IMG/VR virus record: IMGVR_UViG_3300027857_000001
Location: 71,302 to 135,301 of that record
DNA length: 64,000 bases
DNA from: a virus
Reading direction: 5' to 3' (one strand)
Made by a program: the position numbers and the translations under genes. The notes beneath the pieces are model-generated. The model was not told where the DNA came from and did no database searches. It was given only the letters and a program-made list of their open reading frames with translations. Of this stretch, positions 39,401-46,973 are shown piece after piece. The stretch's first letter is position 1; every line of letters starts with the position of its first letter.

Positions 39401-40264
39401 GCAGGCGGCGAGCCGCCGCGCCAGGACGGAGACGGTCCCGGCCCGGTGACGGAGGACGCACCCGGCACGGTCAGCGCCGGGCGCGGCGACGTGCACACGC
39501 TGGGCGGCGGGACGGCAGGTCTGTACCGGGACCTGAGCGACCGGACGCACGCAGGCAGCCCGGACAGCGCCGATGACGCGGCATGGCCAGGAACCCGCGG
39601 CATCCCGCCGGGGCGCGATGCGTCGTGGCCGCTGCAGGGCTACATGGGCGGCTACTGGCCGCAGGGCGGCCACGGGACAGGGCAGTCACCGGGAACCAGT
39701 GCAGGCAGCGCAGACCGGGGCAGGGCACCCGGAGCGCACGGCAAGGCCGCATCCGGGTACGACCTGAGCCGGCGATCCGGGATGATCTCCCTCGACCTCC
39801 CGGCGGGACTCGTCAGGCCAGTGCCCGGCGGAGTCAGTGATCATCACGTCACGATCTGCTACCTAGGCAACGACGTGACAGATGAGCAGTTCGCGCTGGC
39901 CTGCCTCCGCGCCTCCGCCGCTGCCGCGCTCATGCCGGGCCCGCTGTGCGGTGTCATCTCCGGCCGCGGGACCTTCGAGCCGTCCGCCAGCAGCGACGGG
40001 AAGGTACCGGTGTGGGCCGGGGTGATGCTGCCCGGCGCGGAGATCCTGCGGGAAGCACTCGCGGACCTGTCCGCCAGCGAGTTCAGCCGGTGGCTCCCGC
40101 ACGTGACGCTGGCCTACCTGGACCCGGCGGACCCGCTGCCGGACCCGGTGACTCCTGTCCCGGTGACGTTCACGCACATCAGCGTGCACCGCGGTGGCGA
40201 CGTGGAACGGTTCGAGCTGGGCGTGCCGCTGACGCAGCGCGCCCTGGCCGGAGCCGCAGCATGA
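36500..40264 (+). CDS. portal protein fused to a MuF (head morphogenesis) domain and a C-terminal 2H phosphoesterase
   Basis: portal motifs (YGFSMVE, QVAMVFDVDPISLG, GIRSVDEAREELEL); MuF (TETARA..RKRW..CAAC..HPGCSC); 2H motifs HVTICY and PHVTLAY. Confidence 0.88.
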   Translation: MASPQAILRAAKAVPGARPTPPPQGANIGIGRISPLAWDLSEDAGYARAYAPFMPRPARTFTSGAFGPFSPILPVPVDEPPPGGQLPDPRRFDYPVGWNLPTIPGQDGFRMASFAVLDTVSRLYSVARTCIERRKAAIVGMDWDIVPTREASKAYQGSHSAMRDFGKRRAKAVAFFNQPDRDFDDFGGFLSALLEQVFVNDAMSLLLKPVRGRGLRKGVLGSDLDCLGLVDGSTIRPLLSLSGGRPRPPAPAWQQFLKGVPRSDISAMLSGQDIEDAGLTAYAGPAFRTDQMIYRPVVPRVNSPYGFSMVEMALLVIMTGLRKQAYQAQYYDEGTVPAVYLSPGDTSITPSQIRELQDALNGFAGDPAWHHKIIVTPPGTTIHPMRPSQLADQFDEVIMSQVAMVFDVDPISLGLVPNVSSTVSPFAAREMAQASRTVHERTSTKPLLKYLCSIFNAILHRVLGQDDMKFTFAGMDEAADQAAVTDLLVKQVQNGIRSVDEAREELELTPWGLPETSGPVVFTQAGVMPFEWVPGMAVAQAEGASGPYSGETAPSTKPGGPHGDTRPLGVHHPPSSRPWTGSRDLQHIRPDRPPSRAPVPSGAGRTGHTPAHSAAEGHTAVSRQDGRAKAVRSELEALSRHLRKGRAVSTWEPRHLSGQVMAVIAEDLTKGLGADEVIRGAMTVALPRGEYERSDKPEGAAVPGHERRIAGAFEDAAAHAGRLVAQARSGELALPVPELAAKILSVLRASLGPVLRGVHRDAWAAGKDEAASALRITSAGDEQEREAWIASQGRDWLEAVCRTAGPELTRLLAAPGPVTEDAVAAVLGAGQRPALIACTETARARNAAALSVMQHAGVQRKRWLPDGGSVCAACRANAEQGAIPLAAPFSSGDVAGPAHPGCSCGVAAGPRDAAKLARRAADLNGEVWWPQGSYPSGPAAGGGGRMVPAHDADGTEYLVPGGVPGMTAGGEPPRQDGDGPGPVTEDAPGTVSAGRGDVHTLGGGTAGLYRDLSDRTHAGSPDSADDAAWPGTRGIPPGRDASWPLQGYMGGYWPQGGHGTGQSPGTSAGSADRGRAPGAHGKAASGYDLSRRSGMISLDLPAGLVRPVPGGVSDHHVTICYLGNDVTDEQFALACLRASAAAALMPGPLCGVISGRGTFEPSASSDGKVPVWAGVMLPGAEILREALADLSASEFSRWLPHVTLAYLDPADPLPDPVTPVPVTFTHISVHRGGDVERFELGVPLTQRALAGAAA

Positions 40265-41328
40265 CCGGGCCGCTGGTCGCGATGACAGCCGCTGACCTGC
40301 ACGCCCTCCAGGCCGGCGGCACCGTGTGCGGCCACGGCGCCGCCGCCATCGCCGGAGCCGCCCTGATGCTCGGCAAGAACGCCGCCGACTTCACGGATGC
40401 CACGCCGGTTGACGCGGAGCACGTGTATCTCCAGCTCGCCGCCAACTTCCCCGCCTCCGCGATCCAGTGGGTCAGGCGGGCGACATGGGCCGGGCCCGTC
40501 TGGGTTCCGTGGGGCCGGATCGACACCGACGATGAGGAGAAGTGGGCGGCCAGCCACGAGCCGGGACGTGTCGCGGAGTTCGCCCGGCAGATCAAGGACC
40601 ACTCCGGGCACGTCGCGCCGTCAGTGCTGGTACAGGAACCGGACGGCGGCAGGGCGTTCATAGTTGACGGCCACCACCGTGCCCTCGCCCGGCGCAGGCT
40701 CGGGCAGCGCGTCCTCGCCTACCTGGGCACGATCAGCCCTCGGGACCGGATGGCGGCGCTGGAAACCCACTCCTGCCAGATCCACCACGGCACCGACCCG
40801 GCGAACAAGCTGGCCCAGCCGGGGGGCACGGACAGCGGCATCCGGTCGGCGGGGCTGGCGGTCCGGGCAGCCGGCACCGGAAGGGTCCTGATGCAGCAGC
40901 GCGCCGTAAACGGCGGTGACGACCCCGCGGACGGCTTCTGGGAGATACCCGGCGGCCGGCTGAACAGCGGGGAAGACCCGCTGGATGCCGCGCGCAGGGA
41001 ATGGGCCGAGGAAACCGGGCTCGAGGTCCCCGCGGGAACCCTCACCGGCATCTGGGACAGCTCAGACGGCTCCTACCGGGGATTCGTGCACACGATCCCG
41101 TCCGAGGACGTGCTCGACCTCAGCAGCCGGCCGGCGGCCGGCGAAGGCGACTTCGGCGCGGTGCTCGCATGGTGGGACCCCGGGCAGATCAAGGGCAACC
41201 CGGCTGTCCGCGAGGAGCTGGCACACGACCACAAGCGGGTGCGGCGGGCGCTGAAGTCGGCGCAGACGCCAGTGCTGGAGGTCACGCCGGCCCGCATCGT
41301 AGCCGCCGGGTGGCCGCGCCGCTGGTAA
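40261..41328 (+). CDS. ParB/Srx-like domain fused to a NUDIX hydrolase
   Basis: IVDGHHR; NUDIX box GGRLNSGEDPLDAARREWAEETGL; ATGA-coupled to the portal gene. Confidence 0.85.
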   Translation: MTGPLVAMTAADLHALQAGGTVCGHGAAAIAGAALMLGKNAADFTDATPVDAEHVYLQLAANFPASAIQWVRRATWAGPVWVPWGRIDTDDEEKWAASHEPGRVAEFARQIKDHSGHVAPSVLVQEPDGGRAFIVDGHHRALARRRLGQRVLAYLGTISPRDRMAALETHSCQIHHGTDPANKLAQPGGTDSGIRSAGLAVRAAGTGRVLMQQRAVNGGDDPADGFWEIPGGRLNSGEDPLDAARREWAEETGLEVPAGTLTGIWDSSDGSYRGFVHTIPSEDVLDLSSRPAAGEGDFGAVLAWWDPGQIKGNPAVREELAHDHKRVRRALKSAQTPVLEVTPARIVAAGWPRRW

Positions 41329-41386
41329 GGGCAGGAGACAGGGTTTCGCAGCAGAAGGCGGCTGCGCTCACCTGCCGCCACCATCA

Positions 41387-41836
41387 TCATCCTTGCTGAA
41401 CCCGTAAAGCGAGCCAGACTTCGCCCTTGTGGTGCTCGCAACCGCAGCCATGGTCGCAGGTCCGCCACCAGGCCCAGCCGAAGTGCTCTTGCACGGAACT
41501 GTAGCGCTCCCACTGGTAGCACTCCGGGCACTCGCCCGGGTCGGGTGGCCCCGCAGCAGTGCCGTCCCGGTCGGCGAGACGCCCGAACCACCGCCAGGCC
41601 GAGCCGCAGCGCGGGCACGGAACAGGATCATCGAACTTGCCCCAGCCGGGCGGGTCAGGCAGTCCGCAGGACGTGCACCAGCTCCGGGCGGTGTCGGGTT
41701 CTCCAGCGGGCAGCTCACCGCGAAGCTCGCACGGTACCGGCTCAGGCTCGTACGGGGCCAGCTCATCACCAGGTGATGATCGTGCCGCCTGCCGCGCCTT
41801 CGCTCGTGCCGCCATCCGGTCTTCCCAGGTGCTCAC
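41387..41836 (-). CDS. Cys-rich hypothetical protein on the opposite strand
   Basis: CTSC, CPRC, CPEC, CDHGCGCEHH. Confidence 0.45.
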   Translation of the reverse strand: MSTWEDRMAARAKARQAARSSPGDELAPYEPEPVPCELRGELPAGEPDTARSWCTSCGLPDPPGWGKFDDPVPCPRCGSAWRWFGRLADRDGTAAGPPDPGECPECYQWERYSSVQEHFGWAWWRTCDHGCGCEHHKGEVWLALRVQQG

Positions 41837-41866
41837 GTGCTCCAGCGTAGGACGGTGACCTGGCTG

Positions 41867-42202
41867 ATGGCAGCATCCGACCTGCGCACAGACCTTCCTG
41901 GCACTGTCCGCGCCGGGTGGCAGTGCCCTGCGTGCGGGACGGTCTACTCGCCGGATGTGGCCGCGTGCTCGTGCTCGGCGGTGAAGCCGTCGCTTGCGGA
42001 GCGCATCAGATGGGGCAACTCCGGAGGCTCCTGCACGTGCACGTCGTTCGGGCTGGCGACGATCCGGTGCCCGCTCCATCAGGGTCCGCTGCCGGCCGCG
42101 ACGACCCCGGCGTGCACCTGCCCGCAGGTATGGCACGGCATCACCCCGCCGCCTGCCTGCCCGGTTCACGGCCAGACCGGGATGATGCGGGTGACCTGCT
42201 GA
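41867..42202 (+). CDS. Cys-rich small protein
   Basis: GWQCPACG, CTC...CPLH, CTC...CPVH. Confidence 0.55.
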   Translation: MAASDLRTDLPGTVRAGWQCPACGTVYSPDVAACSCSAVKPSLAERIRWGNSGGSCTCTSFGLATIRCPLHQGPLPAATTPACTCPQVWHGITPPPACPVHGQTGMMRVTC

Positions 42203-42912
42203 TGGCCGAGATCCGCGTTCATGAGCTGCGCGTGGCCGAGCAGGGCCGCTGGCAGTTCCGTGACTCGGCCCTGACCTGGTGCCCGGTGAAGCGCTACGGA
42301 TTCACCTCCACGTTCGACCCGTTCCCTGCCTACGCGCACGACCGGGCTGCCACCGAGGCTGCCGCCGCGCACGTCCAGGGGTGCTGGCCGCCGTTGTGGG
42401 ACGTGGACTGCTACCTGGCCGACCGGGAGGAGAACTCCCGGTCTAACGGGCACTCGAACGTCCACGAGGGCCACTATGAGGGCGGCGAGTGGGTGAAGTT
42501 CCCCGCCGGGATGATCATGCTCGGCGGCAAGCGCGTCCCGCCCCATCCGGCGATGACCCGGTACCTGGTCGGCCACGAGTACGGGCACAACGTCGCCTAC
42601 ATGCTCAACTCGCTGCGCGACGGCGTGAAGCACATCGCCAGCACCGATGACCTTGAGCGCGAGTACGCGCAGGTCCGCGGGCTGCCGGATGGCAGTGTCC
42701 ATCACGGCGAGGGCGGGAACTGGCACGACTCGGCGTGCGAGATCATGGCCTGCGACTTCCGGATCCTGGTGTGCCAGGTGGAGACGGAGTTCTGGCCGCA
42801 CCCCGGAATTCCCAGGCCGGAGGATGCCGGCGGTGTCGCTGGCTGGTGGCGCGCGGCAAGCGCCCGGCTTGACGAGGCACGCTCTGCCGCACTCACCGGA
42901 CGGGCTTCCTGA
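42202..42912 (+). CDS. putative zincin-like metallopeptidase
   Basis: LVGHEYGH (HExxH) with a downstream E in CEIMACDF. Confidence 0.55.
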   Translation: MAEIRVHELRVAEQGRWQFRDSALTWCPVKRYGFTSTFDPFPAYAHDRAATEAAAAHVQGCWPPLWDVDCYLADREENSRSNGHSNVHEGHYEGGEWVKFPAGMIMLGGKRVPPHPAMTRYLVGHEYGHNVAYMLNSLRDGVKHIASTDDLEREYAQVRGLPDGSVHHGEGGNWHDSACEIMACDFRILVCQVETEFWPHPGIPRPEDAGGVAGWWRAASARLDEARSAALTGRAS

Positions 42913-43235
42913 TGGCGACCGCGAAACGCCACCGCAAGCGGAAACGGCACGGCAGGCGCACCGTCAAGGCTGTCTACACACCGCTGCCGGAGTACCGCAG
43001 CAGGGGAAGCACGGAGGCCGCGCTCCTGCTGTCGGCCGTCGCGGATGCGCTGAACGCCTGCGAGAAGGCAGGCATCCTGGTCCAGCTCGCGCACGGCGCG
43101 ACAATCACCGACCAGGGGTACGTGCTAGCCCCGTTCGACGAAGACCCGGGGCACGTGGGGCAGCGGTGGGTGGCACGTACCAGGATGCTGACCGAGTTCC
43201 CCGGGGCGCAGGACTGCGGAGAGACAGGAGACTGA
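42912..43235 (+). CDS. hypothetical protein
   Basis: TGATG-coupled. Confidence 0.55.
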   Translation: MATAKRHRKRKRHGRRTVKAVYTPLPEYRSRGSTEAALLLSAVADALNACEKAGILVQLAHGATITDQGYVLAPFDEDPGHVGQRWVARTRMLTEFPGAQDCGETGD

Positions 43236-43529
43236 GTGGGATCAGCCAGGCGTGAGCGGATGACATTCGAGTTCGAGGGAACGCCGCCGCATACGGGGGT
43301 GCCGCTCGTCAACGGGCACCGGGTGTGCTCGGCGGAGGCGATCGACGTCCACATCGGTGCCTTGGACGTGCCGCGTGTCACGCTGAGGCTGCTCGCTGCC
43401 GACTCGCTGAAGCTACGGCTGGACAGCGCGGCCGTTGAAGTCGCGGGTGAGACCCGCGAGGCGCTGATTTCACTGGGCTGGACGCCGCCCGCTTGCGAGC
43501 AGCCGTCCGGCAGCGGAGAGGAACCCTGA
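43236..43529 (+). CDS. hypothetical protein
   Basis: adjacent rightward ORF. Confidence 0.5.
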   Translation: MGSARRERMTFEFEGTPPHTGVPLVNGHRVCSAEAIDVHIGALDVPRVTLRLLAADSLKLRLDSAAVEVAGETREALISLGWTPPACEQPSGSGEEP

Positions 43530-43889
43530 ATGGCCCGCGTCAAGGTCCACGCCGTCTGCATGCGACCGCTGGCCGAGTGCGACTGTCCTGATGACGATGA
43601 GACCGGTGCGGGGAGCCCTGCCTCGGACGGTGATGCCGGTGATGCGGACCGGGAATGGTAAGCCGGGGTCACTCCTGGCACGGGTGTTACCGGTCGGGTA
43701 GCATCAGGTGCAGGTAGGAGCATTGGCTTCAGCGCCAGGCAGCTCAAGAGCCCGGTTCTCCGTTCTCCGCGAACTGCACAGCCCTCGCAAATCCGCGCCG
43801 GACATCCGCGTGCTGCAATGCGGACCTCGCTGTAGCTACCCGGGCGGCGCCCCGGCCAGGCCGATCCACCGGATATCCGCGTCGGCTGC

Positions 43890-44096
43890 TCAGCCGGGGA
43901 ACATCCCGGCTGGGATGTCAATGGTCACATCCATGGCCGCGCCTCCCTGGACAACATCAGCGGCAACGAGGGTTCCCTCCATCGAACCGGAATCGCCTCG
44001 GACAGTAACTGACGCGCCGAGCTGACCGTCCAGGCATCTGGAAGCGAACAAGGTACCGCGTCCCGCCGGGATGCGAAGTGTCACTCTCTGGCTCAT
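43890..44096 (-). CDS. small hypothetical protein
   Basis: beta-rich 68 aa. Confidence 0.35.
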   Translation of the reverse strand: MSQRVTLRIPAGRGTLFASRCLDGQLGASVTVRGDSGSMEGTLVAADVVQGGAAMDVTIDIPAGMFPG

Positions 44097-44157
44097 TCCC
44101 CTTATTGTGGCACGCCCCCTCGGCGGTCACCTGCGCTCATGCCTGAGGAGGCTGCCC

Positions 44158-46914
44158 GTGGCCGCGACCCTCACCGCCGATCAGGAGCTGGCGTACTACT
44201 CGTTCCCGATCGACAAGTCGAAGACCGAGGAGACCGCTGAGATCAACCCGGCGGACGGCACCCCGGACCTGGTGGTGTGGGGCAAGGCCTCCGACGGGAG
44301 CCTCGACGGGGACCTGCAGGTGGTTGACCCCGAGTTCAGTGCGACGGCGATCCGGGACTGGTTCGACACCGGCGCCAACGTGCGCGTGCAGCACCAGGCC
44401 CAGCGTGATCCGGCCGGCAAGGGCATCCACATCGACGTGACACCTGACGGCACGTGGGTGAAGACCCGCGTCTCGGAACCAGTCGCCAAGCACCTGGTGC
44501 GCACTGGGGCGCTGAATGACTACAGCATCGGGATATCCCGCCCGGCGATCCTGCGCCGACACCCCGTCCTCGACCCTGAGGGCAAGGCGGTCAACGGGAT
44601 CATCACCGGCCGGAAGGACGGCCTCACCAGGATCAGCGAGATATCCCTGGTAGACAGAGGCTCGAACTACAATACGAAATTCGCCGTAGTGAAAGCGGCG
44701 GCGGACGGCAGCCCCGTGTACGTGGGCAAGGTCACCGGTCCAGGCAACATCGCCATCACGACCGCGTACGACGACGACCAGGACGGAACGGTGACCGTGG
44801 ACATCCCGAAGACCGCCACAGTCACGTTCTCCCCGTCCGACCTCGCCAAGCTCCTCGCCCACCGTGAGGAAGCCGAGCGCCGGCAGGCCGACGCGGCGAC
44901 AGTGAAGCGGGACTTCGACCGGAACGTCGGCGGAGGCACTGACCGGGACAAGCTCAAGGCGTCCGACTTCGTATTCCCCGAGACCCGCGACTTCCCTGTC
45001 GTAACTCCAGGCGACGTCTCCGACGCGGTATCAAGCTGGGGGAGGTACAAGGGCAAGCGGTCATTCGATGACTTCAAGAGGCTCCTCACGCGCCTCGCCC
45101 GCCGCAAGGGCGCTGAGTTCGCGACGGAGCTGCCCGAGGCGTGGAAGTCCCGCAAGGAGAAGAAGGCGGACAAGACGGCCACAGCCCCGGCAGTGCAGGC
45201 AGGCGAGACCAGCAACCCCGCAGCAGGCCACACCGCAGTCACCATCAAGACAGGAACGGCCGCACAGCAGGGGGACGACGACGACAAGGATGATGTCCTC
45301 CACCACCAGGACGGGCAGGACGACGACCCCGACACCGAGGCGGACGACATGGACAAGACCGCCGTGCCGGACGCCGTGAAACCGCCGAAGCCAGGGAAGG
45401 CCACCTGCCCGTCGTGCAGCGCCCGGTGCAAGCCGTCGTGCCGGTTCTGCCCCCAGTGCGGCGCGTCCATGACCGCCGAGAAGGCGTCGAAGCCGGTCCC
45501 GGACCAGGCGGCAGGCGAGGAAGGCCGGATCGACCCGGCACCCCCGCACCGCGAGCCGGACGGCCCCGCCATGGAGTCGCTAGAGCAGGACGCGCACATC
45601 GAGGACGGCGACGAGGCCGCCGAATACCGCGCGGCAGCCGCCCGCAAGGCCGCCGGCATACCGTACGACGCCGCGTGGATGCACGACCTGCTGTGCCCCG
45701 CCTACGACCCGGCGACCGCCCGCAAGTGCCACCCGCACGCCGGGCTGCCGCTGATCGACGAGGCGGCATGGCAGGCCAAGGCGCTGGAAGTCGCGGCGTC
45801 CGCGCCGCTCGAGCAGGCCCGCGAGGCGGCACTGCTGTGGCAGCACGCCCGCACAGTCAGGGCGCTGCCCGCCGACCTGGCCGGCGAGATCGCCGGGGAG
45901 GCACACAAGGCGTTCCGTGACGCCAACCCCGGCCCGGGACGCGCCCCGGTACCCGGCGAGATCCCCGCCGCCAGGTACGCGCGGCCGTACCTTACCGCCG
46001 GGCACGCCGCGCCGTCACCAGGCCACGACAGCCCGCACACCGCACCCGTCCAGCCAGGGCACATCTCGGCAGCGGACTTCCAGCGCGGGAACATCCAGGA
46101 AGGCCACGCCGCCGGCTCTCCCGGCAACCCGGCACAGCGGCCCGCACCGGTCCCCGCACCGGAAATCCCGGGCGTCCCGACGCGGGTCTACTACACGAAC
46201 GTGCAGCGGGACAACGCACGGCAGGCGATGACCGCCATGCATGACCACATCGCCCGCACCTTCCCCGACGTCTGCCCGATGGCGGCACCTGGGCAGATGG
46301 GCGAGCCAGGTGAGGGCGCACGGCCGGTACCCGCCGGAGCCGGCGGTCCCGTCCCGCACGATACCGCCGCCAAGCACGACGGCGAGCCGCACAGCACCGC
46401 CGCCGCCGACCGCGTCACCAGGCTCGAGCGCAGGCTCCGCAAGGCCCGCAAGGCCGCAGGCTACGACGTGACAGCAGCGAACATCCCCGGCGAGGCCGTG
46501 ACCCTGAAAGCCGCCGCCGGCCCCGACCTCGTCAAGGCGGTATCCGACGCCGTTGCTGACCTTCACGCCGAGCTTGCCAGCACCCGGGAGCGGATCACGC
46601 AGCAGGGTGACCTCATCGCCGGGCAGGCGAAGATCCTGAAGAAGCAGGCGAAGGCGATCGACGTGATCGCATCCCAGCCCGACCCGGCCGTCACCGCCTA
46701 CCGCGGCGTCGCCCTGGCAGGCAGCCCTAAGGCTTCGGCCGCCCCGGCGGGGCAGCCGACGATGGCCCAGCGTGCGGAGCACGCCAAGGCCGCAGTGTTC
46801 AACGAGATGTACGAGCGGTGGCGCAGCGCAGCCGGCCCCGATGACCGGGAGAACGCCTACGCCGCCATGACCGAGCTGGCCGGCCTCAACTTCGGGAATC
46901 CCATGAGCACCTAG
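44158..46914 (+). CDS. prohead (capsid maturation) protease with long scaffold-like C-terminus
   Basis: VWGKASDGSLDGDLQVVD, RVQH, DYSIG, EISLVD; CxxC zinc-ribbon pair; coiled-coil tail; GAGGAGG RBS. Confidence 0.85.
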   Translation: MAATLTADQELAYYSFPIDKSKTEETAEINPADGTPDLVVWGKASDGSLDGDLQVVDPEFSATAIRDWFDTGANVRVQHQAQRDPAGKGIHIDVTPDGTWVKTRVSEPVAKHLVRTGALNDYSIGISRPAILRRHPVLDPEGKAVNGIITGRKDGLTRISEISLVDRGSNYNTKFAVVKAAADGSPVYVGKVTGPGNIAITTAYDDDQDGTVTVDIPKTATVTFSPSDLAKLLAHREEAERRQADAATVKRDFDRNVGGGTDRDKLKASDFVFPETRDFPVVTPGDVSDAVSSWGRYKGKRSFDDFKRLLTRLARRKGAEFATELPEAWKSRKEKKADKTATAPAVQAGETSNPAAGHTAVTIKTGTAAQQGDDDDKDDVLHHQDGQDDDPDTEADDMDKTAVPDAVKPPKPGKATCPSCSARCKPSCRFCPQCGASMTAEKASKPVPDQAAGEEGRIDPAPPHREPDGPAMESLEQDAHIEDGDEAAEYRAAAARKAAGIPYDAAWMHDLLCPAYDPATARKCHPHAGLPLIDEAAWQAKALEVAASAPLEQAREAALLWQHARTVRALPADLAGEIAGEAHKAFRDANPGPGRAPVPGEIPAARYARPYLTAGHAAPSPGHDSPHTAPVQPGHISAADFQRGNIQEGHAAGSPGNPAQRPAPVPAPEIPGVPTRVYYTNVQRDNARQAMTAMHDHIARTFPDVCPMAAPGQMGEPGEGARPVPAGAGGPVPHDTAAKHDGEPHSTAAADRVTRLERRLRKARKAAGYDVTAANIPGEAVTLKAAAGPDLVKAVSDAVADLHAELASTRERITQQGDLIAGQAKILKKQAKAIDVIASQPDPAVTAYRGVALAGSPKASAAPAGQPTMAQRAEHAKAAVFNEMYERWRSAAGPDDRENAYAAMTELAGLNFGNPMST

Positions 46915-46973
46915 ACAACGCGGTACCCACGCCGCCACCCGGCGGCCACATCACGGAAGGGAGGCAGCATTCA

